NCBI GenBank assembly: GCA_963841735.1
Contig: CAWJDT010000001.1
Location: forward strand, 160,001 to 224,000
DNA from: an uncultured Actinomycetes bacterium
GTDB lineage: Bacteria; Actinomycetota; Thermoleophilia; RBG-16-64-13
Length of the DNA stretch: 64,000 nt
Direction of reading: 5' to 3'
Below are positions 29,414 to 39,451 of this stretch, piece by piece. Position numbers and translations under genes: made by a program. Numbering within the stretch: position 1 is the first letter of the stretch; each line of letters starts with the position of its first letter. Under the pieces are notes generated by a model, which saw nothing but the letters and a program-made list of their open reading frames with translations, was not told the DNA's origin and ran no database searches.

Positions 29414-31492
29414 TCACTCGCTGGGTGTGATTATGTAGTTGCCGAACGCATCGACCGCGCACACGCTGTGTGACGGGATGACAGTGGTCACGGTGGGCTC
29501 TTGGATTATCGCCGCGCCGTGGATCACGTTCCCTGACTCCAGCTTCTCCCCGTCATACACCGGGACCGGAGCGCACTCGCCCCCGAAGTAGCACTCTTTG
29601 GTCGCTATCAGCGCTTTGGAGGCGTCGACCGAGGCCATCTCCCGTCGTGGTATGGGCACCTTGACTGAAGCGATCTTCGCAGTCACACGCAGGTTGATCA
29701 TCTCCAGAGGCACCCAAGGAAGTGAGAAAGTGAAGAGCTCCTCGTGCAGGACGTGGAAGCGCTTCTCCATGTCCCTTATGTCGTCATCTGTGATCTCGTG
29801 GTCGGGGAGTTTGATCTCCAGCACGTGGTACTGCCCCTGATAGCGGACCTCGGCCGACTTCTCGACCACTAGGTCGTCGATCCCGACGTGGAACGCCTCG
29901 ACATCTCGGAGTGCCTCGTCGGCCATATCTCTGTAGAGTCTGTTGACCAGGGCCACGTCGGCCTTGTCCGTCCTGGCGAGGGAGGAGCGGACATAGTCTC
30001 GGCCTATGTCCAGGAAGAACATGCTCCAGGCGCAGAACGCCGAAGCATAGCGCGGCACTATGGTCCTGCGCACACCCAGGATCTGGGCCACAGAGGGTCC
30101 GCACAGAGGACCGCCGCCGCCGATAGCCAGCAGGCTGAAGTCGCGGACGTCGTAGCCCTTGTGGGTGGATATCTCCGCGGTCGCATCGGCCATCGTATGG
30201 TTGACCGTGGTGAAGACTGCCCCCGCAGCCTCCTCGATGTTCATGTGGAGGACGTCGGCGATCTTGCTCATGGCCTGGCGTGACAGTTCGGGCTGCAGTT
30301 TCAGCCTGCCGCCGTTGAAGTTGTCTGGGTCTATGTAACCCAGGATGACGGCGGCGTCGGTGACGGTGGGCTCCGTGCCGCCCCGCCCGAAACAGGCTGG
30401 CCCCGGCATGGCCGAGGCGCTCTGCGGACCGACCCGGAGCAGCCCCAAGGGGTCGATCCAGGCGATACTGCCACCCCCGGCCCCGACACTCATGACGTCG
30501 GCCACCTTGATGCCCAGGCGGTCGTCGTTAAGCCACTCGCCCACCTTGAGACTGACCTTGCGATCTTTCACCAAACTCGCATCCCACGTGGTGCCGCCCA
30601 TGTCCCCGATGATGAAGTTGTCTTCGCCGATAGTCTCGCCCAAATACGCCGCGCCCGCGGGGCCGGCGGCCGGCCCCGAACCGGTGAGATACACCGGCTT
30701 GGCGATCACGGCGTCAACAGACTGCACAAACTGGTTCGCCTGGACGACAAGCAACTGGTTGTCGAAACCGGCTTCTCTCAGCGAGGACTCGAGCTTCGTC
30801 AGGTACTTATTGACGATGGGACCCACGGCGGCGTTGATCACGCAAGTGCTTTCGCGCTCGTACTCACCCATCTTCGGAAGAAGCAGACTGGAACACGAGA
30901 TGAACACCCCGGGGAGTTCCTGAGCGCATATCTCCGCCGCTCGGATCTCGTTGGCGGAGTTGGCGTAGGAGTTGATGAAGCAGACCGCGAGAGCCTCGAT
31001 CTTCTGCTCCTTGATACGCTTTAGCACCGCGCGCAGCTCGTCCTCGTCAAGCGGGGTGACGATCTCTCCAGAAGCTTTCGTCATCTCGGACACGGTGAAA
31101 CGCAGCCGGCGCGGAACCAGTGGCTCGTACGGTGGGATGTAGGCCTCGTACATGGAGTGGGTCTCGATCTTGGCCGAGCGCCGCATCTCGATGATGTCCC
31201 TGAAACCCTTGGTGGTTATCAGGGCCGTCGGCGAGAGCTTCCTCTGCACCAAAGCATTCGTCGATACCGTCGTGCCGTGCACCAACCATTCCGTCTGTTG
31301 CAGGAGCTCTCGGGTGCTCAGCCCGAAGTATGCGGCGGCGTCCACTATCGTGTTCAGCACCCCTTCGGAGAAGTCCCCCGGAGTGGTGGGGGCTTTGAAC
31401 TGGTGCAGCTGGCCCTCTCCGTCGAGGACTACGCAGTCAGTGAAAGTCCCTCCAGTGTCAATGCATACTCTGTACATATGTATACGTCCCAT
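29414..31492 (-). CDS. hyuA: Hydantoinase A/oxoprolinase-family ATP-binding subunit
   Basis: IDTGGTFTD, HGTTV.TNAL, EYER.ST..NA, SGPAAG, DMGGTT.D, GAGGGSIA, GP.SA.A.PGPAC.G.GG..PTVTDA. Confidence 0.92.
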   Translation of the reverse strand: MGRIHMYRVCIDTGGTFTDCVVLDGEGQLHQFKAPTTPGDFSEGVLNTIVDAAAYFGLSTRELLQQTEWLVHGTTVSTNALVQRKLSPTALITTKGFRDIIEMRRSAKIETHSMYEAYIPPYEPLVPRRLRFTVSEMTKASGEIVTPLDEDELRAVLKRIKEQKIEALAVCFINSYANSANEIRAAEICAQELPGVFISCSSLLLPKMGEYERESTCVINAAVGPIVNKYLTKLESSLREAGFDNQLLVVQANQFVQSVDAVIAKPVYLTGSGPAAGPAGAAYLGETIGEDNFIIGDMGGTTWDASLVKDRKVSLKVGEWLNDDRLGIKVADVMSVGAGGGSIAWIDPLGLLRVGPQSASAMPGPACFGRGGTEPTVTDAAVILGYIDPDNFNGGRLKLQPELSRQAMSKIADVLHMNIEEAAGAVFTTVNHTMADATAEISTHKGYDVRDFSLLAIGGGGPLCGPSVAQILGVRRTIVPRYASAFCAWSMFFLDIGRDYVRSSLARTDKADVALVNRLYRDMADEALRDVEAFHVGIDDLVVEKSAEVRYQGQYHVLEIKLPDHEITDDDIRDMEKRFHVLHEELFTFSLPWVPLEMINLRVTAKIASVKVPIPRREMASVDASKALIATKECYFGGECAPVPVYDGEKLESGNVIHGAAIIQEPTVTTVIPSHSVCAVDAFGNYIITPSE

Positions 31493-31508
31493 GTCGCTTC
31501 GTTTGTGA

Positions 31509-31544
31509 GGGCCCGCGCCCTGCCTGACGGCAGAGCGCGGGCCC
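31509..31544. terminator. Intra-operon stem-loop upstream of hyuA
   Basis: GGGCCCGCGC.CTGCC-tgac-GGCAG.GCGCGGGCCC. Confidence 0.5.
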
Positions 31545-31572
31545 CGGTGTCGCCAAGAAGGGTGCTGTGACT

Positions 31573-32733
31573 CTAGAACTGCCTCGGCCAGGGCTCCACG
31601 CCCGGACGGCCGGGGTACTTGGCGGCCACAGCTGCAACGCCGGGGCTGTCCAAAGCCATGAGATGACCGTTGTCATACACCACCGTGTCGCCCATCTTGA
31701 GCGACGGGTTGCGGATGTCGCCGGTGACGTGCATGTAATACGGGTACTTCTCGTTCGACGGCGGCGCCCCGATGTGTACGTGCAGGTCGCAGCTGTGTGA
31801 GTGCTCTATGATGCGGCGGTGCAGGACGTTGGGGCACTGATGCGGCGCCACGCTGGCCTGCGGATGCACACCGAAGTGGAAGACGTTGAAGTCGTACACT
31901 CCTTCGCCCACCCGTGGCTTCATCTCCTCTAAGAAACGCTTCAGGGCCTGCGCTTCCCAGCCACCCTCGATCGCCTTGATCTTGGTGTCCTCGATGACCA
32001 ACTTGATAGGCGTCTCGAGGTAGGGGGAGATACCGATGTAGCGCGACCACCAGCTGAGCATGGTCTCGAAGATGAACACCCCGTTGGTGTCGGTGATGCG
32101 GATAGGCGGGTGTACCCACTCCGGCCAAGGCAGATAGTGGCTGGCGTCTTTGCGGAAGGAGGAGTAAGGCATGCCGGGGTCGCCCTCTTTGCGGTTCTCG
32201 GCCGGCGTCGTGCGCCCTTCCAGATGCGTGCCGTTTGGGTCGGTGAGCACCCACGGGAGGTCGGGCCGCATGGCCAACGAAGACTGGTAGCGGATCTGGC
32301 TCACCAGCTCCCACGGGGTCTGCGCCCAAGCCGTGCACAACAGCGGAGCCGTGCTGGCGAAGTTACGGATCATCCAGGTCTGGGCCTCTTCGAGGAAATA
32401 CCGGAACTCCGCGATCTCCTCGGTGACCAGGTTGTTGGAGTGGTTGATCAGCAGGTCGGCGTCCCGTATCGCATTTTTTACCGCCGGCGGGAAGCGCCAT
32501 TTGTGTGGCGTGGCGGGCTCGTCTATCCACATGATCGTAGCGCGGGCGCCCCGCTCGGCCACGCCCGCCTGTATCCAGGATATGGCGTCCTCGTCTACGG
32601 GGCTGTCGCCGCCGTAGAGTCCGTCGATCTCGGCCAGGATCAGGACTTCCCAGCCAGGCTTGACCTCGGCACACTTGTCGAGCATGTCAGCTATTGCGAT
32701 TGCTGCCCCAGTAGGCATACCTACTCTACCCAT
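31573..32733 (-). CDS. Uncharacterised peptidase M29 (aminopeptidase T)/NicX-like metalloprotein, copy 1
   Basis: cA.vKpG..VLI N-terminus, T.PNGT.L, NGV..F, PIKL.I.D..I..I.GG.EA..L, HFGVHP, HVHIG, HVTGD. Confidence 0.55.
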   Translation of the reverse strand: MGRVGMPTGAAIAIADMLDKCAEVKPGWEVLILAEIDGLYGGDSPVDEDAISWIQAGVAERGARATIMWIDEPATPHKWRFPPAVKNAIRDADLLINHSNNLVTEEIAEFRYFLEEAQTWMIRNFASTAPLLCTAWAQTPWELVSQIRYQSSLAMRPDLPWVLTDPNGTHLEGRTTPAENRKEGDPGMPYSSFRKDASHYLPWPEWVHPPIRITDTNGVFIFETMLSWWSRYIGISPYLETPIKLVIEDTKIKAIEGGWEAQALKRFLEEMKPRVGEGVYDFNVFHFGVHPQASVAPHQCPNVLHRRIIEHSHSCDLHVHIGAPPSNEKYPYYMHVTGDIRNPSLKMGDTVVYDNGHLMALDSPGVAAVAAKYPGRPGVEPWPRQF

Positions 32734-32788
32734 GACGTGTTCTCCTCTCGCACTTCGTGACTCATCGACCTCTTACCACTCTCTGCTA

Positions 32789-33484
32789 CTAGACCCCCAG
32801 CCATTTCTGCTTGACCTCTTCGTTCTCGCGCAGGTCCTCGGGCTTGCCCTCCCATACCACCCCGCCCTTGCTGATGATGTAGATGAGATCGGCCGACGAC
32901 AGCGCCATGTTCAAGTTCTGCTCGGCCAAGAACACCGTCACCTTGCCCTTGAGTTGGCAGATGACGTGCCCGATCTGCTTGACCACCATAGGAGCAAGAC
33001 CCTCAGAAGGCTCATCCATAAGCAAGAGGGTGGGGTTCAACATGAGGGCGCGCGCGACCACCAGCATCTGCTGCTCGCCCCCGCTAAGCAGGTTCGCGTG
33101 GAAGCTTTGGCGCTGCTTCAAGATGGGGAACAGCTCATAGATGTTCTCTAGGTTCCAAGCTCCCTCGGCGTCGTTGCCTCGAGCCGCGACCAGCAGGTTC
33201 TCTTTGACAGTGAGCGAGGGAAAGACGATGCGCCCCTGGGGAACGAGCCCAATGCCCTTACGCGCTATCTGATAGGGAGCAAGCCCGTTGACGGCCTCGC
33301 CGTTGAAGCGCACCACTCCACTCTCAGGGCAGGGTAGCCCCATGATGGAGCGGATGATCGTCGTCTTGCCCATGCCATTTCGGCCGAGAATGGCTACCGC
33401 GCTGCCCCGTGGAACCTTCAGGGAGAGATCCCAGAGAACGTGCGTGTCGCCGTAGAAAGTGTTTATGTTCTCTAGCTCTAGCAA
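32789..33484 (-). CDS. livF: Liv-type ABC ATP-binding protein
   Basis: GRNGMGKT, LSGGEQQM, DEPSEGLAP. Confidence 0.92.
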   Translation of the reverse strand: MLELENINTFYGDTHVLWDLSLKVPRGSAVAILGRNGMGKTTIIRSIMGLPCPESGVVRFNGEAVNGLAPYQIARKGIGLVPQGRIVFPSLTVKENLLVAARGNDAEGAWNLENIYELFPILKQRQSFHANLLSGGEQQMLVVARALMLNPTLLLMDEPSEGLAPMVVKQIGHVICQLKGKVTVFLAEQNLNMALSSADLIYIISKGGVVWEGKPEDLRENEEVKQKWLGV

Positions 33485-34227
33485 GTCTCGTCACTCCCCA
33501 GATAGATCTCCTGCACCTTGGGATTGGCGCTTATCTCCTTGGGAAGGCCTTTTGCGATGATCTCCCCGAAGTACAGCACCATGATGCTGTCGGCCAGACT
33601 GAACACCAAGTCCATGTCATGAGCGCAGAAGAGGACGGTGGTGTTCACAGCCAACCGGCGGATGACGTCGGCGAAGGCGAACGCCTCTGCCGTCGGCAGG
33701 CCGGCGCTGGGCTCGTCCAACAGGACCATCCTGGGCTTGCCCGCGAAAGCGCAGAGCAGCTCCACCAAACGCTGGTCGCCGTACGACAGCACCTGAAGCT
33801 GTTCTCGCTGCCTGTCTGCCAACCCCACAAGGTCCAGCAACCTGTCAGCTTCGGCAAGCAGTGCTTGCCTCTTCTCCAGACGGCGGAACATCTGCAGATG
33901 GCGCTTCTCTGCGCCGTGAAGGGCTAGGAGCACGTTCTCCAAGACGGTCAGCTCGAAGAACAGGTTGTTAACCTGAAAAGACCTCCCCAGGCCCAAATGG
34001 AGGCGTCTGTTGGGCGAGAGCTTGGTGATGTCCCGGTCTTCCAGTAACACGTGACCACTCGATAAAGGCAGCTGGCCGCCTATGGTATTGATGAGTGTAG
34101 TCTTACCAGCCCCGTTCGGCCCGATGAGGGCCAGCTTCTGCCCAGGCTCGACCGTGAAAGACACGTTGCTGAGAACCTTGAGGCCGCCGAAGTTCTTTGA
34201 AAGCCCTTCGACTCTAAGAATGGTCAT
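33478..34227 (-). CDS. livG: Liv-type ABC ATP-binding protein
   Basis: GPNGAGKT, LSYGDQR, LLDEPSAG, HDMD. Confidence 0.92.
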   Translation of the reverse strand: MTILRVEGLSKNFGGLKVLSNVSFTVEPGQKLALIGPNGAGKTTLINTIGGQLPLSSGHVLLEDRDITKLSPNRRLHLGLGRSFQVNNLFFELTVLENVLLALHGAEKRHLQMFRRLEKRQALLAEADRLLDLVGLADRQREQLQVLSYGDQRLVELLCAFAGKPRMVLLDEPSAGLPTAEAFAFADVIRRLAVNTTVLFCAHDMDLVFSLADSIMVLYFGEIIAKGLPKEISANPKVQEIYLGSDETC

Positions 34228-36278
34228 GACTTCACCTCACCGACGCCCGTCGTGCGCGCTCGAGGCGACCGAACCCTGGCAAATCCCCACCGGTTCCATG
34301 CCTTCGACAAGTACTGCGCGAACCCACCGGGCAGGAACATCACGCAGACCACAAAGACCACGCCAAGTATGAACCACCACTTGTCCTTGACTGGGCCCCA
34401 GGCGCTTATCTTCTCCCGAGCGAAGATGATCGCCGCGGCTCCCACGCACGGTCCCCACAGAGTGGCGCGCCCCCCCAGGATTACCATCAACATAGGGAGA
34501 GAAGACATCTGCAGCGCCGCGTCCTTGGGGAACACCGAGCCGTAGCTGACCGCGTACAGTATCCCGGCCATGCCCGCAAACAGCCCGCCTATTACTATGG
34601 CGACGTACTTGAGCTTCCAGGTATTGAATCCCAGGCTTCTCATACGCTGCTCGTTCAGCCTGACGCCCACGAGCGACTTGCCAAACGAGGAACCGACGAA
34701 CCGTCGCAGGATCGCGTAACAAATGACAAAGAGGACAAGCGTGAAGTAGTAGTAGCGAAGATTAGACCAAGCACTCGCCCAATCCACCCCAAGGCCTAGA
34801 TCGGGGCGAACGATGTTCGTCAGACCGTCCGTGCCGCCGGTGACCGAGTCCCACTTGAGAGCTATCACGGATAGGACCTGTCCCAGAGCCATGGTGACCA
34901 GCAAGTAGTAGTTCCCGCTCACCCGAAGGCTTATGAAGGCGATAATCAGAGCCGCGACAAGGGTGAACGCCAGTGCTATGAGCGCGGCCAACCAGAACGA
35001 GGAGATCCCCATCTTAGTCGTTATCAGGCCGAATGAGTACCCTGCCACACCCAAGAAGGCCGCGTGGCCGAAAGACACCATGCCCGTGTAACCCATCGTC
35101 AAGTCCAGGCTCATGGCGAACAGCATGAAGATGACGACCTTGGTCAGGATGCTCTGGTCGTAGGTGCCCACAAGAGAGGGCACGATAGCCAACACCGCCA
35201 ATACGACCAAATACGGGGTCCAATTGTGCAGCAGCGTCCGCCACTTGGGTATCTCGCCGGCGATCGCAGGGAGGACCGTCTCTTTGACGCGTCGCCTCTG
35301 TGTTAGTGGGGCCGCCAGATTGCTCAGCCCTGTGCTTATCCTGGCCCGCACATCGCTGGGCCACTTCCTCTTGCGAACCTTCGGACCCTCCAAGTACTGC
35401 ACCGTCGTCGGACCCGTGGCCATCTGCCTGCCCAGAAGGCCACCAGGCCTGATCAGAAGGATCACTATCAGGGTGACATATGCTATGAAGTGCGAGTAGT
35501 CAGGGAAGTAGGCCTTGCCGAAAGCCTCAAGGAGTCCCAGAAGGACGCCGCCGACGAGAGCCCCCTGTATAGAACCAGTCCCGCCGACCACCACCACGAT
35601 CATGGACAACAGCAGAGCGTCCCAAGCCGCGTTGACGTCGATCTTCACAGCGACGGTGGCACCTATGAGTCCGCAGAACCCGGCAATAAAGGCTCCCAGC
35701 ACGAATATGCCGGTGAAGACGCCCCTGAGGTTGATCCCCAGCGCCCCCGCGATCTCCCTGTTGTCCATGCCGGCTCGGACTACAGCGCCGATCTTGGTCT
35801 TGTCCTGCAGAAGCCACAGCCCCAGCGCCATCAGTAAACCAAACCCGACGACGACCAGGCGGAAGACTTCGATCTTGATGTCGCCCACCTGCACCGAGTC
35901 GGAGAAGATGCCCGGCACGAGTTGAGCGAAGGGGAGTGAGCCCCAGATCCAGGTGACTATGTCACGGAATATGTAGATGAAGCCGATGGTCAGCAGCACC
36001 TGGCTGGTCGGCTGCCCGTAGAGTCGACGCAGGAAGACGGTCTCCAGCACCAGGCCTATCAACCCCACACACGCCGCCGCCACCAGGATGCCCACCCAGT
36101 AGTTGTGTGTGCGTGCAGCCACGGCCAAGCCCAAGTAGCCGCCCATCATGTAGAGCGCTCCATGAGCCAGGTTGATGACGCGCATCAGGCCCATGGTGAG
36201 TGTCAGACCGGCCGCCAACAGGAAGTAGACGGTGCCGGTGGACAACCCTTGCACAAACACAGACAGTATTTCGCCCAT
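34224..36278 (-). CDS. Fused LivH-LivM ABC permease
   Basis: Paralog of 19292..21259 with a longer linker; NLAHG, SFGHAAF. Confidence 0.9.
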   Translation of the reverse strand: MGEILSVFVQGLSTGTVYFLLAAGLTLTMGLMRVINLAHGALYMMGGYLGLAVAARTHNYWVGILVAAACVGLIGLVLETVFLRRLYGQPTSQVLLTIGFIYIFRDIVTWIWGSLPFAQLVPGIFSDSVQVGDIKIEVFRLVVVGFGLLMALGLWLLQDKTKIGAVVRAGMDNREIAGALGINLRGVFTGIFVLGAFIAGFCGLIGATVAVKIDVNAAWDALLLSMIVVVVGGTGSIQGALVGGVLLGLLEAFGKAYFPDYSHFIAYVTLIVILLIRPGGLLGRQMATGPTTVQYLEGPKVRKRKWPSDVRARISTGLSNLAAPLTQRRRVKETVLPAIAGEIPKWRTLLHNWTPYLVVLAVLAIVPSLVGTYDQSILTKVVIFMLFAMSLDLTMGYTGMVSFGHAAFLGVAGYSFGLITTKMGISSFWLAALIALAFTLVAALIIAFISLRVSGNYYLLVTMALGQVLSVIALKWDSVTGGTDGLTNIVRPDLGLGVDWASAWSNLRYYYFTLVLFVICYAILRRFVGSSFGKSLVGVRLNEQRMRSLGFNTWKLKYVAIVIGGLFAGMAGILYAVSYGSVFPKDAALQMSSLPMLMVILGGRATLWGPCVGAAAIIFAREKISAWGPVKDKWWFILGVVFVVCVMFLPGGFAQYLSKAWNRWGFARVRSPRARTTGVGEVKS

Positions 36279-36460
36279 TGGTAGCTCCGGTTCCCTTTTC
36301 TGTTTGGGATTGTCTCGAGATCAGGTTATCTTGCCCGCGCCGGCCGGCGCTAGAGGCAGATCCCATCCGGCGTGCGTCACGTGTGTCTCTACCCTTGGAC
36401 TTTGGTGGCTATGATTATCGAGTCTATGGCCCTGTCCCTGGTGCTAGATGGTGTAAGCAT

Positions 36461-36512
36461 GGATGCGGGGGCAGACCCCCTCCGTATCGAAGCGGGTCTG
36501 CCCCCCGCATCC
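36461..36512. terminator. Stem-loop between SBP and permease genes
   Basis: GGATGCGGGGGCAGACCC...GGGTCTGCCCCCCGCATCC. Confidence 0.6.
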
Positions 36513-36550
36513 TATGCCCTATACATTTAGTCAGACTCTACGTACGTTCC

Positions 36551-37876
36551 CTACTTGGCAACAGTAGTCGCGGTAGCGCCGGCCGCACCACCTACAACGA
36601 GGCCGCCCGGCGGGACTGCATCGTAGGTCTTGATCGTCTCAAAGTGATAGGGGAACTGGTCCGTAGTGGCACCCTTTACCTCTTTCACGATGTAGACGGG
36701 AACGGTGGCAGCCTGCTGGCCTGCAGCAAAGAAATATGAGCCCTGAGGTCCGTCCCACTTGGTCCCCAGAAGAGCGGTCAGAAGCTCCTGCGGTGTAGTG
36801 ACGCCGCCATTGGCTTCCAGGGCCTTGATGAACAGCTCAGCAGACTGGTACGGGTTGACGTTGCTGCCGTCCAAGACGACATTGTCACCCCAGGCAGCCT
36901 TGGCTTCCTTGATGAACTCCTGGTTCATGGCCGAGTCGAGTTCGGGCGAGTACTCCATGGGAGTCGGCACGTCGACCAGAGCTTCAGCGACGTCCGGGTT
37001 GTTCTCAGCGATCTTGGCATATACCCACGGGTCGAAAGTGGCACCGTGGAACGCACCAACGATCGGCATCTTGTCGATGATGCCCATCTTGACGTACTGG
37101 ATAAGCATGCCGATTCCGTCGCCGGGCATCCACGCGGCCAGAGCGTCGGCGGCCGGCAGCGTCGTCAGGAAGGGCCCGAAGTCGGAGGTGCCCGCCGGCG
37201 GCCACACCTGAGCGTCAACGGTGCCGCCCAGAGCGGTGAAGGTGCCGATGAAGGGCATCAAGAAGCCCTTGCCGCCGGCGCCTTCCTGCCCGAGAGTGTT
37301 GACCTTGCGGTAGCCAAGGTCGTTGTAGACGTAGTCAGCCATGACACTAGGCTGCTGGGAGTTGGTGCCCATAGCCGCAACCAGCCAAGAATTGCCGGTC
37401 TCAAGCAGAGGATCGGGGCACGGACTGAATAGGATCAGTGGGATTTGGCCCGCATTCTTGATGTAATCGTTTACCGCGAACTTCTCGCCGGCCTCATTGG
37501 GGCCGAAGATGGCCACGACCTTGTCCTGCTCAACCAGCTTCCGCGCCTTGTCCACCGCGGTAGCCGGACTGTCGGCGGCATCTTCGGAGATTATCACTAT
37601 CGGCCGATCGCCGATCCGGTTGCCGATGGCATCGAACGCCAGCTTCAGCGACTTCTCCATATTCAGCCCGGTGGTGGCTTCTAGCCCGGTCAGGTCGCAG
37701 ATGAAGCCGATCTTGATGGGCTCGCCCGTCGCGGGCGCCAGAGTAGTTACGCTTCCGTCGCCCGTGCCGGGCGCTGCCGTGGTAGTAGCGGCGTCCTCGG
37801 TTCCGCAGGCCACCGCCGTCAACGCAATCACCAATAGAAGTATGAGCATACCAGCCAGCAAATAGCGCTTCTTCAC
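36551..37876 (-). CDS. LivJ/K-type ABC substrate-binding lipoprotein
   Basis: Lipobox AVACG, PIKIGFI.DLTG, ED.A.SP..A..KARKLVE.D.V. Confidence 0.9.
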   Translation of the reverse strand: MKKRYLLAGMLILLLVIALTAVACGTEDAATTTAAPGTGDGSVTTLAPATGEPIKIGFICDLTGLEATTGLNMEKSLKLAFDAIGNRIGDRPIVIISEDAADSPATAVDKARKLVEQDKVVAIFGPNEAGEKFAVNDYIKNAGQIPLILFSPCPDPLLETGNSWLVAAMGTNSQQPSVMADYVYNDLGYRKVNTLGQEGAGGKGFLMPFIGTFTALGGTVDAQVWPPAGTSDFGPFLTTLPAADALAAWMPGDGIGMLIQYVKMGIIDKMPIVGAFHGATFDPWVYAKIAENNPDVAEALVDVPTPMEYSPELDSAMNQEFIKEAKAAWGDNVVLDGSNVNPYQSAELFIKALEANGGVTTPQELLTALLGTKWDGPQGSYFFAAGQQAATVPVYIVKEVKGATTDQFPYHFETIKTYDAVPPGGLVVGGAAGATATTVAK

Positions 37877-38064
37877 TTTTCCACCCTCCTGTTTCGTAGT
37901 CAGCTAGGTGACACTCGAACAGAGACAGAGCCGCTTGCTCTGAGTTGCCTTCGCCTCCTCCTTTCGTCCGACGCATACGCTGCGGCTCACTTCGTCATGT
38001 ATGCCGTGTCCAAGCGGTCTCATAGTTAGGCCAAACGGCCTGGCCGAGGCAAGGCTTGGAGACA

Positions 38065-39300
38065 TCACGAGTCCGTCTCTTGTAGGCGCGCCTGCCCAGG
38101 CATCGCTTCGAGGATCTTGCGAGCTTCGTCGAGGTGCGTTTCGTAGACACCCTTGTGCACTGCCAGCCTCTCTTCAAGAAACTCGAGGATCTCCTGCCCC
38201 TCACCGGCGTGCGGACTCCTGCTTGCCTTGAGCTCAATAGCCCATGTATCCCACACTCCGGTCAGAGCCCGCTTCCACTGCTGCCTGTCTTCGTCGGTGG
38301 GCTCATAGACAGGCATGTTGCCAACGCTCTTGTCGTACTCTTCCAGCTGCATCCTGGCTTGCTGAGTGATCTCCTCGTTCACAACCGCGTATGTGATCGA
38401 ATCTTCACGGGTGCTCACGCTCATGATGGCCGCCTGGATATCAGGAGGCATGGTGTTCCATACATCCTTGTTCATTATCATCGCCCAAGGCCTGTACATG
38501 AGGTCTAGGTGGGTGCGATAGGTGGTGTAGTCCTCTACACCCGCAGCCATGATGTATGACCACGTAAGAAAGGCTCCATCCGCAAGACCCCTCTCCATGG
38601 AGGGCGCCAGATCGCCGACCATGATGTCGACCGGTTCGCCCCCCAGCTCCTCGAGGATCCAGTCTTCGACCTTGCCACCGGAACGCATCTTCATGCCGAC
38701 GAGATCCCCCGGCGCCATGACCTTCTTGGTACCCACGTACTGGCCACCCGAGATGCAGGTCACACCTATGAATACTACGTCGCTGAACTCCTCGTCGCAG
38801 TAGTCCTCATAGAGATCCCACATGGACGCGGTGGCCACAGCCGGATCGGGAAACATCAAGGGCATAGAGCCGACCTCGAATATCGGGAACGCTCCCTGGC
38901 TGTATTCAGGCTCAACCACAGCTATGTCACAGGTGCCCGACAGAACGGCGTCATATTGCTGGTCGTCCTTGGCCAAGGCCCCACTCCCGTAGTGCTTGAT
39001 ACTAACCCGTCCATGGGTGGCAGCTTCTACAGCCTTCGACCACGGCACCACATGCGCCGTATAGAGGCTGGCCTCCTCACTGAAGCCAAAGGAGACCTTC
39101 AGTTCCCATGTCTGACCGACGTCCTTCACCACGGGGATACCGGAACTCGCCTCTGAATTCCCACCATCGGTGAGCGCCATCAAGTTCAGGAGACCGAACA
39201 CCAGCGCCACAGCTATGGGTACGGCGAGCAACACCGCCCTGATAACCATGGCCCTCCTCCTATTGCCGTGACCATCCGCCGTGTTCATGGCCCCTATCAC
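38065..39300 (-). CDS. dctP: Orphan TRAP solute-binding protein with N-terminal TM anchor
   Basis: EAAT.GRV.I, V.SGTCDI, DL.G.KMRS, MERG.ADG, MNKD.WN.MP.D.Q; hydrophobic N-terminal helix without a lipobox Cys. Confidence 0.85.
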   Translation of the reverse strand: MIGAMNTADGHGNRRRAMVIRAVLLAVPIAVALVFGLLNLMALTDGGNSEASSGIPVVKDVGQTWELKVSFGFSEEASLYTAHVVPWSKAVEAATHGRVSIKHYGSGALAKDDQQYDAVLSGTCDIAVVEPEYSQGAFPIFEVGSMPLMFPDPAVATASMWDLYEDYCDEEFSDVVFIGVTCISGGQYVGTKKVMAPGDLVGMKMRSGGKVEDWILEELGGEPVDIMVGDLAPSMERGLADGAFLTWSYIMAAGVEDYTTYRTHLDLMYRPWAMIMNKDVWNTMPPDIQAAIMSVSTREDSITYAVVNEEITQQARMQLEEYDKSVGNMPVYEPTDEDRQQWKRALTGVWDTWAIELKASRSPHAGEGQEILEFLEERLAVHKGVYETHLDEARKILEAMPGQARLQETDS

Positions 39301-39451
39301 TCGGCAAGTCGACTCATCACATTCTGAAGAACCGCCAGAGACCTTGCAATCACCTTCGTCGTGTAACTATTGGCGGTGCTACTCCTACATAAGTTAGGCC
39401 GTGGCTGCTGCTGTGGCGTGACGCTCCGGCGCCTGACATAATCATGGCATC

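Noticed and set aside
38027-38042. TAGGCC-N4-GGCCTG as the NarL-type response regulator site
   Set aside because: Only a half-site recurs (39395-39400), and short GC-rich inverted repeats arise easily by chance.
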